DNA of 64,000 nt from an uncultured Nitrospinota bacterium (GTDB lineage Bacteria > Tectomicrobia > Entotheonellia > J063 > CAVPRW01), in assembly GCA_963707985.1 (NCBI GenBank), contig CAVPRW010000015.1, positions 125,960 through 189,959 on the forward strand. Direction: 5' to 3'. The notes beneath the pieces were generated by a model. The model had not been told where the DNA came from. It made no database searches and worked only from the letters and a program-made list of their open reading frames with translations. Shown here one piece after another: positions 30,659 to 39,409 of this stretch (positions are counted from its first letter, which is position 1; every line of letters starts with the position of its first letter). Made by a program: the position numbers and the translations under genes.

Positions 30659-32150
30659 CATAGGTGTCCACATAAGCCAACTCCATAGGTAATCGGGATC
30701 TGGGTCCCTGCCTTGACTACAGCATTGCCGCATGTTCTACTCTTCCCTATGGGTTCGGCGGCAGGCTAGAAGCTCGCGGCAGAGACCGGAGGGACGCCAC
30801 ATGACAGGCGAGGATGTACGCCACGTGTTCGAAGCGATGTTGCCCCAGGATGAGATCGACCGCCTCTGTGTGCAGTGTGGCGTCATCGAGCGACAACGCA
30901 AACTGCATCTGGGGATGTTGGTCCGGGCCATGGTCATCTCGGCAGGGACGCCAGGCGGAGCCTATCAGGCCGATGTCCTGCGGTCCTATCTGGAGGGTGA
31001 GGTGCCCCGGGTGGCGCGCTCGGCCTTCTATCGGTGGTTCGACGAGCCCCTCGAACGGTTCATGACGGCCCTGGCCGAACGCGCCATTGCCTATGCCCGG
31101 GCGCAGCCAGGTCGATCCGTCGGGACCGCTGTGTGGCGTGCAGGATTGGTCTAGCGTCGATGCCACGACCGTCCGGGTCCGCGATGCCTTGCGGGAGGAA
31201 TTTCCCGGCACTGGGGAGTACGCGGCGATCAAGGTGCATACAGTTCTCGCCGTGGGCTGCGGAGCACCAGTGCGGTAACATTTTAGCCCCGCCCGCGCGC
31301 ATGATAGCCGGCATCTCACGATCGATGCGTCCTGGCAGGGCTACGGCCTGCTCGCCGACCTTGGATATGCGGGTATTGAGCGCCGCCGCGCCTGTGACGC
31401 CCACGGCGTGCGCGTGGTCATCCCCGCAAAGACAACTTGAAGCCGACAGTCGACGAGATTGCCCGAGGACAGGGGAGCCCAGGCCTTCTTACCTGGCACC
31501 GCCCTCGACGCCCTCCGCGCGGATGAAACCCTGTGCTCGATGGCCGTGCATTGATGCCGATGTCCATATCGGCGGAAGTAAACACCCGCTGCCCCTTCGC
31601 CTAGTGGAGGTCCATACCCCGAAGGGCTATTGTTTTTTCCCGACGAATCTGCCGCCTCGGATCGGCCCGCGGCAGGTCGCTGACCTCTACCGCGTGCGTT
31701 GGGAGGTCGAACTGAGCATCAGATTAGACAAGTCGGTGCACCGGCTGGACACGGTTGATTCCGAGCGGCCATGCTCCCTGAAGACGCTCCTGCAGGCCTC
31801 GCTCATCGCCTCGACCATCGCCGCTCTCCTCGCGCACACGCACAATCTACAGACTCGTCCACCGCAGGCCGATGCGCCACGCACGGAGGCACCGCTCCAC
31901 CCCAGGCGCCTCGCTTTGCAGCGGGCTGTGTCTTGTCAGTCCATCGCCCAAGCCTTCGACCTGCAGGGGGCCGAGGCCATGCAGCGCTGGGACAGGATCG
32001 CGGCACTTCTCACCCATTCGGGCACTGATCCCAACTGGCGCCGTCGGCCTTCGGTCTTCGATCAGTTACGGGGCTGGAAGCGTCAGTCCGTGGTTCGAAA
32101 ACAAACCAAGCGACCCAACTTGAAGGCCGTGGCTTAAGTGGACACCTAGG
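30659..32150 (+). mobile_element. IS4-family insertion sequence with frameshifted transposase
   Basis: IRL CATAGGTGTCCACATAAGCC, IRR complementary; VDATTV, LYRVRWEVE; stop at 31276 and frameshifts. Confidence 0.88.
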
Positions 32151-32327
32151 GGTGATGTGTATTCGGCACGGCGATGACACAAGCTGAGGTACGCCGCAAT
32201 GAAGCATGAACGTGGGAGCCAGGTCGAAGAGCCACGATTCACGGGCCTACTGCCAGGACTCAATGGGGTGGAAACCTGCCTGACGCTCTCGGAGGAATAC
32301 GGCGACCTCTTCGGGGGACGGAAGCTT

Positions 32328-32969
32328 ATGGAACGAGAGCGGGTCAGGGATATCTTGAGGACACTGAACGAGGCGCAGATCCGCTACGCTATCATCGGCG
32401 GAGTGGCGATGGGCTATCATTCCATTCCTCGGGCAACGCAGGACATCGACGTGCTGGTGAGGCGCGAGGATATCCCACGGGTGCAGCGCCTGCTCCAGCC
32501 GTATTATCGCCGTGGAACCGCTGTCGTCATGGTGTTCGATGTGGAAGGGACACATCTGGATGTGCTGCCGGCAACCCTACGGTACGGGCGTACAGCCATC
32601 GATAACGCTGTCGAAGTCATGGTGCACGATATTCCTGCCAAGGTGGTGTCAGTGCGCGACTTGTTGCTTCTGAAGTTATTTGCTATTCCAGACCGGCCGG
32701 CCCTTGAGAAGCGACGTCAGGATGAAGCTGACGTCACCGCGTTGCTCAGTCAAAACGCCGATACCATCTCTCAGGAAGACATCACTTATCTCGTCCGTAC
32801 CCTCTTGGGACTGGCATTCACACGCGAAGACGTGGAGAAATATCAGCAGTTGATCACCTGGCTGAATGAAACCCTGGACCTCCTGGGAATGGCTGACCGC
32901 CGCTATCAGGAAGGGGAACAAAGCCAGGGCCATCCTTCCCATAGTCCCCCACAGCGCTATGCCTCTTAG
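32328..32969 (+). CDS. Nucleotidyltransferase-fold protein (AbiEii/DUF6036-like); an in-frame upstream start exists at 32199
   Basis: YAIIGGVAMGYH..PRATQDIDV, DLLLLK, KRRQD. Confidence 0.75.
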   Translation: MERERVRDILRTLNEAQIRYAIIGGVAMGYHSIPRATQDIDVLVRREDIPRVQRLLQPYYRRGTAVVMVFDVEGTHLDVLPATLRYGRTAIDNAVEVMVHDIPAKVVSVRDLLLLKLFAIPDRPALEKRRQDEADVTALLSQNADTISQEDITYLVRTLLGLAFTREDVEKYQQLITWLNETLDLLGMADRRYQEGEQSQGHPSHSPPQRYAS

Positions 32970-34236
32970 CCGTCGCACCTTTCTCCGCACCCTTGCTACA
33001 GTCGGCGGCGCCGTGCTGGCGAACAGCCTGCTTGTCGCTTGCGGCAGCAGGGGACCCACGGTCAATGGCGAGGAAGTCGTCAATCTCCTGTGGTCCGACG
33101 TCACCAACGCCTATGCTCCCCTGCTGGCAGATATTGCCGATGCCACTGGGATCGAGATCATTCAGACCATCGTCCCATACAATCAGCGCCTGGACAAGAT
33201 CAACACCGCCGTACTCGGTGGCGCCGACGTGGATGTGGTCCAAATGGACACGGTGTGGACGGCACAGTTCGCCGCGGCAGGCTGGGTGGATGACCTGACC
33301 GACCGCATGCCCGAGACGATGACGGCAGATATACCGGCCTCGGCGCTCAGTGCGGTCATGTATAAAGGCCGAATCTATGGCATTCCCCTCTTCAACAGCG
33401 CTCAACATCTGTTCTACAACCAGAGGCTACTCAAAGAGGCTGGCTTCGACCATCCCCCGACGACACTCGACGAGTTTGTGGTCCAGGCGAGCCAGCTCAC
33501 CAAGCCAGGCCAATGGGGCTCGATCTGGTCATGGAGGCAATCCGAGGCGTTGGTCTGCGATTGGCTATCGATCCTGTTCACGCAAGCGGGCGCACAGTTC
33601 CTCGATGACCGCGACCAGGCCGTGTTCAATACGATGGGGGGCACGGAGGCGCTGCAGTGGATGATACAGCTACTCTATACGCATCGTGGAGCCGATCCGG
33701 CATCGCTCGAGTCCACCGAGGACGACGTGCGCAAAGCCCTGCAGACTGGCATCTACGCCCTCACCTACAATTGGGAAGGGGTATTGCCCGAGGCGAATGA
33801 CCCGACGAAATCGCCGGCCGCGCCCCATATCCGTGTCGCCTTATTGCCCGGCGGGAGTGGTGCCAAAAGCGCCAGCGTCAGCGGTGCCGAGGGATGGGCC
33901 ATTCTGGCCCACTCGAAGCGCAAAGCCGCGGCCTGGAAGCTACTTGAGTCCATGGCCAGCCCGGCTTGGCAGACGAAGGCCGCGATCATGACGGGCAATT
34001 ACCCGATCCTCGCATCACTCTATCACGATCAGACCCTACAGCAGGCAATCCAGGATTTTCCGGTGTATGGCGAGCAGTTCACGTATCTGGTGACGCGCCC
34101 ACAGCTGGTAAGCTATGCTCGGACCTCGGATATCCTGCAAACGCATCTACACCGGGCCTTGCTCCGGAAAGTCAGCCCCAAGGACGCCATGGATGCGGCC
34201 ATCGACGACATCAACAGGGCCTCGGCCACGCCGTAA
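32959..34236 (+). CDS. Sugar ABC transporter substrate-binding protein with Tat/lipoprotein signal
   Basis: SRRTFL...LVAC; DVVQMDTVW, YKGRIYGIP, LFYN. Confidence 0.9.
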   Translation: MPLSRRTFLRTLATVGGAVLANSLLVACGSRGPTVNGEEVVNLLWSDVTNAYAPLLADIADATGIEIIQTIVPYNQRLDKINTAVLGGADVDVVQMDTVWTAQFAAAGWVDDLTDRMPETMTADIPASALSAVMYKGRIYGIPLFNSAQHLFYNQRLLKEAGFDHPPTTLDEFVVQASQLTKPGQWGSIWSWRQSEALVCDWLSILFTQAGAQFLDDRDQAVFNTMGGTEALQWMIQLLYTHRGADPASLESTEDDVRKALQTGIYALTYNWEGVLPEANDPTKSPAAPHIRVALLPGGSGAKSASVSGAEGWAILAHSKRKAAAWKLLESMASPAWQTKAAIMTGNYPILASLYHDQTLQQAIQDFPVYGEQFTYLVTRPQLVSYARTSDILQTHLHRALLRKVSPKDAMDAAIDDINRASATP

Positions 34237-34342
34237 CGAGGGTTTCTACACGCCTCGATGATACGACTCCCCCGGCGAACAACTCCACTGACCACGCGGG
34301 TTCGGCCTGGCGAGCTTTCCGAGACGGGCGCTGGGCCTGGCC

Positions 34343-35194
34343 ATGCTGGCACCCATGACCCTGGTGCTGCTGTTAGTGGTCGGCTACCCACTGGTCGACG
34401 CTTTGTGGCTCAGCCTGCACCGTGTCAATCTGGCGCATCCCGAGCAGGGGCAGCCATTTATCGGCCTCGGCAACTACCTCTATGCCTTTGGGCAGACCGC
34501 GTTCTGGCAGTCGCTGTTTCGCACCCTCTACTTTACGGGCGTCTCGGTCGGGCTTGAGCTCGCCCTCGGGCTGTTGTTCGCCGTATTGCTCAACGAGCGG
34601 TTCAGGGGCAATCTGGGGGCGCGGTTGGCCTTACTGTTCCCGTGGGGGTTGATGACCGTGAGCAACGGCGTGCTCTGGGCTTGGATTCTCAACCCGACGT
34701 ATGGAGTGGCCAATACCTTGCTGGTTGGTCTGGGAGTCTTGTCCGCTCCCAAAACCTGGCTGAGTGACACCTTCTGGACCATGCACATGGTCATCCTGGC
34801 CGACGCCTGGAAAACGGTGCCGACCATGACGCTGCTCCTGCTCGCAGGCCTGCAGCCGATCTCGCATGAGCTGTATGAGGCTGCCGAGGTGGATGGGGCA
34901 ACGCGTTGGCAGAAATTCAGCGGCATCACCCTACCAATGCTGCGTCCGGTCATGTTGGTGGCCGTCGCGCTGCGGACCATCGGGGCCTTCCGCGCCTTTG
35001 ACCTCATCTACGTGTTGACCGGCAACGGCGGCCCGGCCGACAGCACCAAAGTGCTGGCGTTCTATGCCTACGATCAGGCGTTTCGCTATCTGTTCTTTGG
35101 CTATGGCGCAGCGATCTCCTGGCTCATCACGGCGTGTATGCTGGTGTGGATCATGCTGTATATGCGTCTGTTGCGCACAGACACGAGGACTTAA
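34343..35194 (+). CDS. Carbohydrate ABC transporter permease
   Basis: ELYEAAEVDGA EAA motif. Confidence 0.92.
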   Translation: MLAPMTLVLLLVVGYPLVDALWLSLHRVNLAHPEQGQPFIGLGNYLYAFGQTAFWQSLFRTLYFTGVSVGLELALGLLFAVLLNERFRGNLGARLALLFPWGLMTVSNGVLWAWILNPTYGVANTLLVGLGVLSAPKTWLSDTFWTMHMVILADAWKTVPTMTLLLLAGLQPISHELYEAAEVDGATRWQKFSGITLPMLRPVMLVAVALRTIGAFRAFDLIYVLTGNGGPADSTKVLAFYAYDQAFRYLFFGYGAAISWLITACMLVWIMLYMRLLRTDTRT

Positions 35195-35198
35195 GACC

Positions 35199-36059
35199 AT
35201 GCGACGAGGCGTCCTTCTCAGCCCCGCAACGCGCTCCGTGCTCCTGCTGCTCTATCTTGGCTATACGCTGTTGCCGATCCTCTGGCTCATCCTGAGCACC
35301 GTCCAGACACAAGCAAGCCTCTTGGGAGAAGAGGTCGCGATCTCCCCAGCCGGGCTCTCCCTGCACAACTATGTCGAGATCTTCAAACCTGCGGCGTTCG
35401 GCGAAGCCGCAGGCCATTCGACATTTGTCATGGCGCTGCGGAATAGCCTGCTGGTCAGCGTCGGCGCCACCGGGGTAGCCATGGCATTGGGCACGCCGGC
35501 AGCCTATGCCTTCGTGCGCTGCAATATCCCTCGCAAGCGCGTCTGGTTACTGGTCGTGCTGGGCACTCAGTTGCTACCGGCGGTGTCGCTCATCATTCCG
35601 TTGTTTCGTCTGTTGCGCGGTGCCGGACTCCTCGACACCCTCGTAGGGCTCATCTTGGCCTACTCGACCTTCAGCCTGCCCTTCGTCGTCTGGATCATGG
35701 CCAGCTATTTTCAAAGCATCCCCCAGGAACTTGAGGAGGCCGCCCGTATGGATGGCGCCAGCCGCTGGCAAGCCTTCACCCGCGTGGGGCTGCCGTTGGC
35801 AGCGCCAGGCCTGGCGGTTACCGGCATCTTTACGCTCCTGAACGCCTGGGATGAATTCTTCTTCGCCCTGATTTTCACCTCAACGTATGCGTCGAAGACC
35901 CTACCCGTGGCCCTGGCGGAGTTCATCGGGCGTCACAGCGTCAACTGGGGCATGCTGGTCACCGGTGGTTTGATCGCCAGTCTGCCGCCGATCGTACTGT
36001 CATTCATGTGCTATCGCTATGTGGTGTCCGGCCTTGCCGCTGGAGGACTGAAGGGGTAA
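35199..36059 (+). CDS. Carbohydrate ABC transporter permease
   Basis: ELEEAARMDGA EAA motif; ends GGLKG. Confidence 0.92.
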   Translation: MRRGVLLSPATRSVLLLLYLGYTLLPILWLILSTVQTQASLLGEEVAISPAGLSLHNYVEIFKPAAFGEAAGHSTFVMALRNSLLVSVGATGVAMALGTPAAYAFVRCNIPRKRVWLLVVLGTQLLPAVSLIIPLFRLLRGAGLLDTLVGLILAYSTFSLPFVVWIMASYFQSIPQELEEAARMDGASRWQAFTRVGLPLAAPGLAVTGIFTLLNAWDEFFFALIFTSTYASKTLPVALAEFIGRHSVNWGMLVTGGLIASLPPIVLSFMCYRYVVSGLAAGGLKG

Positions 36060-36079
36060 GGTCCATAGCGCTGCGCCTA

Positions 36080-36943
36080 TTACCCCAGCGCCTCCTTGAA
36101 CTGGCGAATGGCCTTGATGTGCTCGTCGGGTGAGTGTAGCCCCGCTCGCATGGTGTTCACTGACAGATGCGTGGCACCGAGCTTTTGCCACGCCTCAGCC
36201 GCTTGGGCCCAGAGGTCGGGATTGCCTCCGGCGAAGCTGATTCGCCCTTCGATGCCGATCGCTGCCGGATCACGACCTGCCTCTCGCGCATACTGTCGCA
36301 TGCGGTTCAGGGTGTCTTCTCCGGCCTTATCTGGAGGAAATTGTGGGAACCAGCCATCGGCCAGGCGCCCCACGCGCTTGATCACAGCCTCAGCTCTGCC
36401 CCCCAACCAGAGGGGAATGGGACGCTGCACCGGGAGAGGGTTGAGGCCGGCGTCGGTGATCTGATGCCAACGGCCCTTGAAGCTCACGACTTCCTGGGTC
36501 CATAAGGCGCGCATCACGGCGATTTGCTCCTCTGAACGCCGCCCACGATCATGAAAATTGGTCCCCAGCGCCTCGTATTCCACCTGATTCCAGCCAATAC
36601 CGACGCCAAGGCGCAAGCGGCCGCCGGAGAGGACATCGACCTCAGCCGCTTGCTTTGCCACCAGCACCGTCTGGCGTTGACCGAGAATGATCACCCCCGT
36701 CACCAATTCCAGCCGCTGGGTGAAGGAGGCGAGATAGCCGAACAGCACGAACGGTTCATGAAACATATCCATATGGGAGTATGGGCCATTCCAACCGACA
36801 TAGCGCCGAGCATCGGCACCTAACACATGGTCAAACACCAAGGCATGGGCGTAGCCAAGGTCTTCGGCAGCTTGGACATAGTCGCGGATAGCCGCTGGGC
36901 TCGCGCCGATTTCTGTCTGAGGGAACACCACACCGATCTTCAT
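36080..36943 (-). CDS. LLM-class (putatively F420-dependent) oxidoreductase
   Basis: MKIGVVFPQTEIG, DHVLGAD, HEPFVLFG, LSGGRLRLGVGIGW. Confidence 0.9.
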   Translation of the reverse strand: MKIGVVFPQTEIGASPAAIRDYVQAAEDLGYAHALVFDHVLGADARRYVGWNGPYSHMDMFHEPFVLFGYLASFTQRLELVTGVIILGQRQTVLVAKQAAEVDVLSGGRLRLGVGIGWNQVEYEALGTNFHDRGRRSEEQIAVMRALWTQEVVSFKGRWHQITDAGLNPLPVQRPIPLWLGGRAEAVIKRVGRLADGWFPQFPPDKAGEDTLNRMRQYAREAGRDPAAIGIEGRISFAGGNPDLWAQAAEAWQKLGATHLSVNTMRAGLHSPDEHIKAIRQFKEALG

Positions 36944-37179
36944 CTCTCACCTCCTGTGTCGCCAAATGCTTGCCTGGGAGTATACGCCGGTTCCTTGTAC
37001 TGCAGAATAGAGCGGAAATCAAGGTCGGTGGTAGGGGAGGGGGAAACGCTGGAGACCTGCAACAACCCTCAGCCTGAGCCTCTCCCCTGGGGAGACAGAA
37101 CCGTGTGCTCAGGCCTGTGAGGGTTATCTGGCTGATGCCGGACGAGGGACGACAGGACAAGACACCCACCCGCCAGCAC

Positions 37180-37515
37180 TCATTGCGGCAGTGACTGCCA
37201 CTTCTTTTGAGCCCTTTGAGCGGCGCTCTTACCCTTCGCCATCGCCTGTTGCTGCTGCTCGGGGGGCATCGAATTCCATTTCGCCTGGGCTTGTTCTGCC
37301 GTCATTTTCCATCTGTCCTGCAGCTGCTGTTGTTGCTCTGGGCTCAAGGAATCCCACTTCACCACAGCCTTCTGCGCACCTTGCCTGCCTTTCTGCTTAA
37401 TCTCGGTTTGGGTAGGCTGGGCGGACACCTGCCGTGGCAGGCTGAACTGGCCAGTGACGAGGAATCCGCTCACGAGTCCAGCCAGGGTGAGTAGCGACGA
37501 GCGTCTCGTCAGCAT
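37180..37515 (-). CDS. Small Gln-rich secreted protein with a Tat-like signal
   Basis: MLTRRSSLL..AQP; repeats KWDSLSPEQQQQ, KWNSMPPEQQQQ, KWQSLP; GGAGG RBS. Confidence 0.75.
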   Translation of the reverse strand: MLTRRSSLLTLAGLVSGFLVTGQFSLPRQVSAQPTQTEIKQKGRQGAQKAVVKWDSLSPEQQQQLQDRWKMTAEQAQAKWNSMPPEQQQQAMAKGKSAAQRAQKKWQSLPQ

Positions 37516-38187
37516 CGATGACCTCCTTTGCTGGGGTTGACTATAGCCTCTAAACAGTGATCTGGTTACTGATATTATCAATATATTCTTAATTTAATAT
37601 TCTAACCTATAAAATTATCATATAATAACATCTATGCCGTTGATACGAAATCCTTCTTTCCGATTATGCCTGTATCGTCAGCATGTACCAGGAAGTCTCC
37701 AGACCAGACCACGCACGACCACTCCCCTAGCGACTAGGCCTCAATATGGATTACGGGCGGCATGCCCGTCCATTCACGGTAATGCTTTTGGCCGCAATAA
37801 GTTACCAATGCCTGTTGCAGGCCGGCTGCAAATCTTGGTATACGTGTGTAGCATGTTTTTTGAATTTGTAATATTTCTTCGTGAGACTCGTATGCAGGGA
37901 AGCGCGGACGACTTGATTGTATTCTAACATCAGCACTATAGTGTCGTTGTCGCCACATTGCATGCGCCGCTGGATGCGGTATATTGCTTGGACGTGCTCG
38001 TACTCTGAGGAATCCAGTGCACAGATGTCGCTGCATCGCCGAGCATCTTATCGGCACCAAGGGAGTCATGCACGGCACGCTGATCCTGACTGCGGCACGA
38101 CCAGACCTCCCGAAGGCACCGCAGGCTTTCGCGTATTGAGCGGGGTACCCAGGAGGTCATGGCCAGGGCAGTGCCGGGGGAGGGACC

Positions 38188-38622
38188 ATGCAGGTCATCG
38201 ACCATATCGTGAAAGCCGAGGCGAAGGCGAACCTCTCCGTTATCGACACCGTTTCACTGACCTGGGAGGAGCGCCAGAAGAGTCGGCAGAAACTTCACAC
38301 AGCGCAAGGACAGGAGATCGCGCTGGCTTTGCCGACGGGAACGAGGCTGCACGCTGGCGATCTATTACCCGTGACGGGTGGCTGGATCGAAGTGCACCTC
38401 GCCCAGGAGGAGGTGTTGCTCATTCGACCACGAAACCTTCGGGAAGCGGCGTTCGTTGCCTATCAAATCGGTAACCGTCATCTGCCACTGGACATCGCCG
38501 CGGACGGGTTGAAAACGCTCTACGAGCCGGTCGTGGAGGCATACTTCAGCCAGCAGCAGATTGCGGTTGAACGCGTGCAGCTGCCATTTACGCCAGTCAG
38601 CGCTACGTCGGGCCATGCTTAA
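38188..38622 (+). CDS. ureE: Urease accessory protein UreE
   Basis: LTWEERQKSR, LHAGD, AYQIGNRH. Confidence 0.88.
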   Translation: MQVIDHIVKAEAKANLSVIDTVSLTWEERQKSRQKLHTAQGQEIALALPTGTRLHAGDLLPVTGGWIEVHLAQEEVLLIRPRNLREAAFVAYQIGNRHLPLDIAADGLKTLYEPVVEAYFSQQQIAVERVQLPFTPVSATSGHA

Positions 38623-38671
38623 ACGGCGTGGTGCGCGGCACTCAACAGGGAATCGCTGAGAGACTAGACCA

Positions 38672-39283
38672 ATGCAGAGATCGTGTGTCAAAATCGGTGT
38701 GGGAGGGCCAGTCGGTTCGGGGAAGACCGCGCTCCTGGATACCCTGTGCAAGCGTCTGCGCGATCGCTACCACATCGCGGTCATTACCAACGATATCTAT
38801 ACCCGCGAGGATGCTGAGTTTCTCACCCGCAGTGGGGCCTTATCCCCCGACCGCATCATGGGGGTCGAGACCGGCGGCTGCCCGCATACCGCCATTCGCG
38901 AAGACGCCTCGATCAATATCGATGCCGTGGAACGTATGTTGGATCGCTTTCCCGACCTGGACTTGTTGTTTGTGGAGAGCGGCGGTGATAATCTGGCGGC
39001 GTCCTTCAGTCCGGAGTTGGTTGATGTATCGATTTACGTCATCGATGTGTCTGGGGGTGATAAAATTCCTCGCAAGGGGGGCCCGGGGGTGACTCGCTCC
39101 GATCTATTGGTCATCAATAAAATCGACCTGGCCCCCGCCATTGGGGCCGATCTCGCGGTGATGCGCCGTGATGCCAAGAAAATGCGCGATGAGCGCCCAT
39201 TCGTCTGCACCAATCTCAAAAGCGGCGAAGGGGTCCCAGACGTGATCGCCTGGATCGAACGAGAGGTCTTGTTCGTCTCCTAA
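38672..39283 (+). CDS. ureG: Urease accessory GTPase UreG
   Basis: [42 protein letters not shown]. Confidence 0.96.
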   Translation: MQRSCVKIGVGGPVGSGKTALLDTLCKRLRDRYHIAVITNDIYTREDAEFLTRSGALSPDRIMGVETGGCPHTAIREDASINIDAVERMLDRFPDLDLLFVESGGDNLAASFSPELVDVSIYVIDVSGGDKIPRKGGPGVTRSDLLVINKIDLAPAIGADLAVMRRDAKKMRDERPFVCTNLKSGEGVPDVIAWIEREVLFVS

Positions 39284-39409
39284 GCGGCCAGCAGATGACG
39301 GGCAACGCTGACGAGGCATCCAGGCACTGAGGGCATCTCGCGGTGACGCTCGCACCGTCAGCGTCGGATGAGGCCTCATACATCGGGCTCAGATGTGGAA
39401 GGAACCGTA

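Larger units (their letters stand above)
29402..32150. mobile_element. Composite transposon bounded by inverted IS4-family copies
   Basis: Outer ends TATAGCTGTCCACTTAAGCC and GGCTTAAGTGGACACCTAGG; 10-bp direct repeat GGTGATGTGT at 29392-29401 and 32151-32160. Confidence 0.85.

Noticed and set aside
39284..39409. T-box leader before alaS
   Set aside because: Too short and no GGTGGNACC T-box motif; only a short ACGCTGACG/CGTCAGCGT inverted pair.
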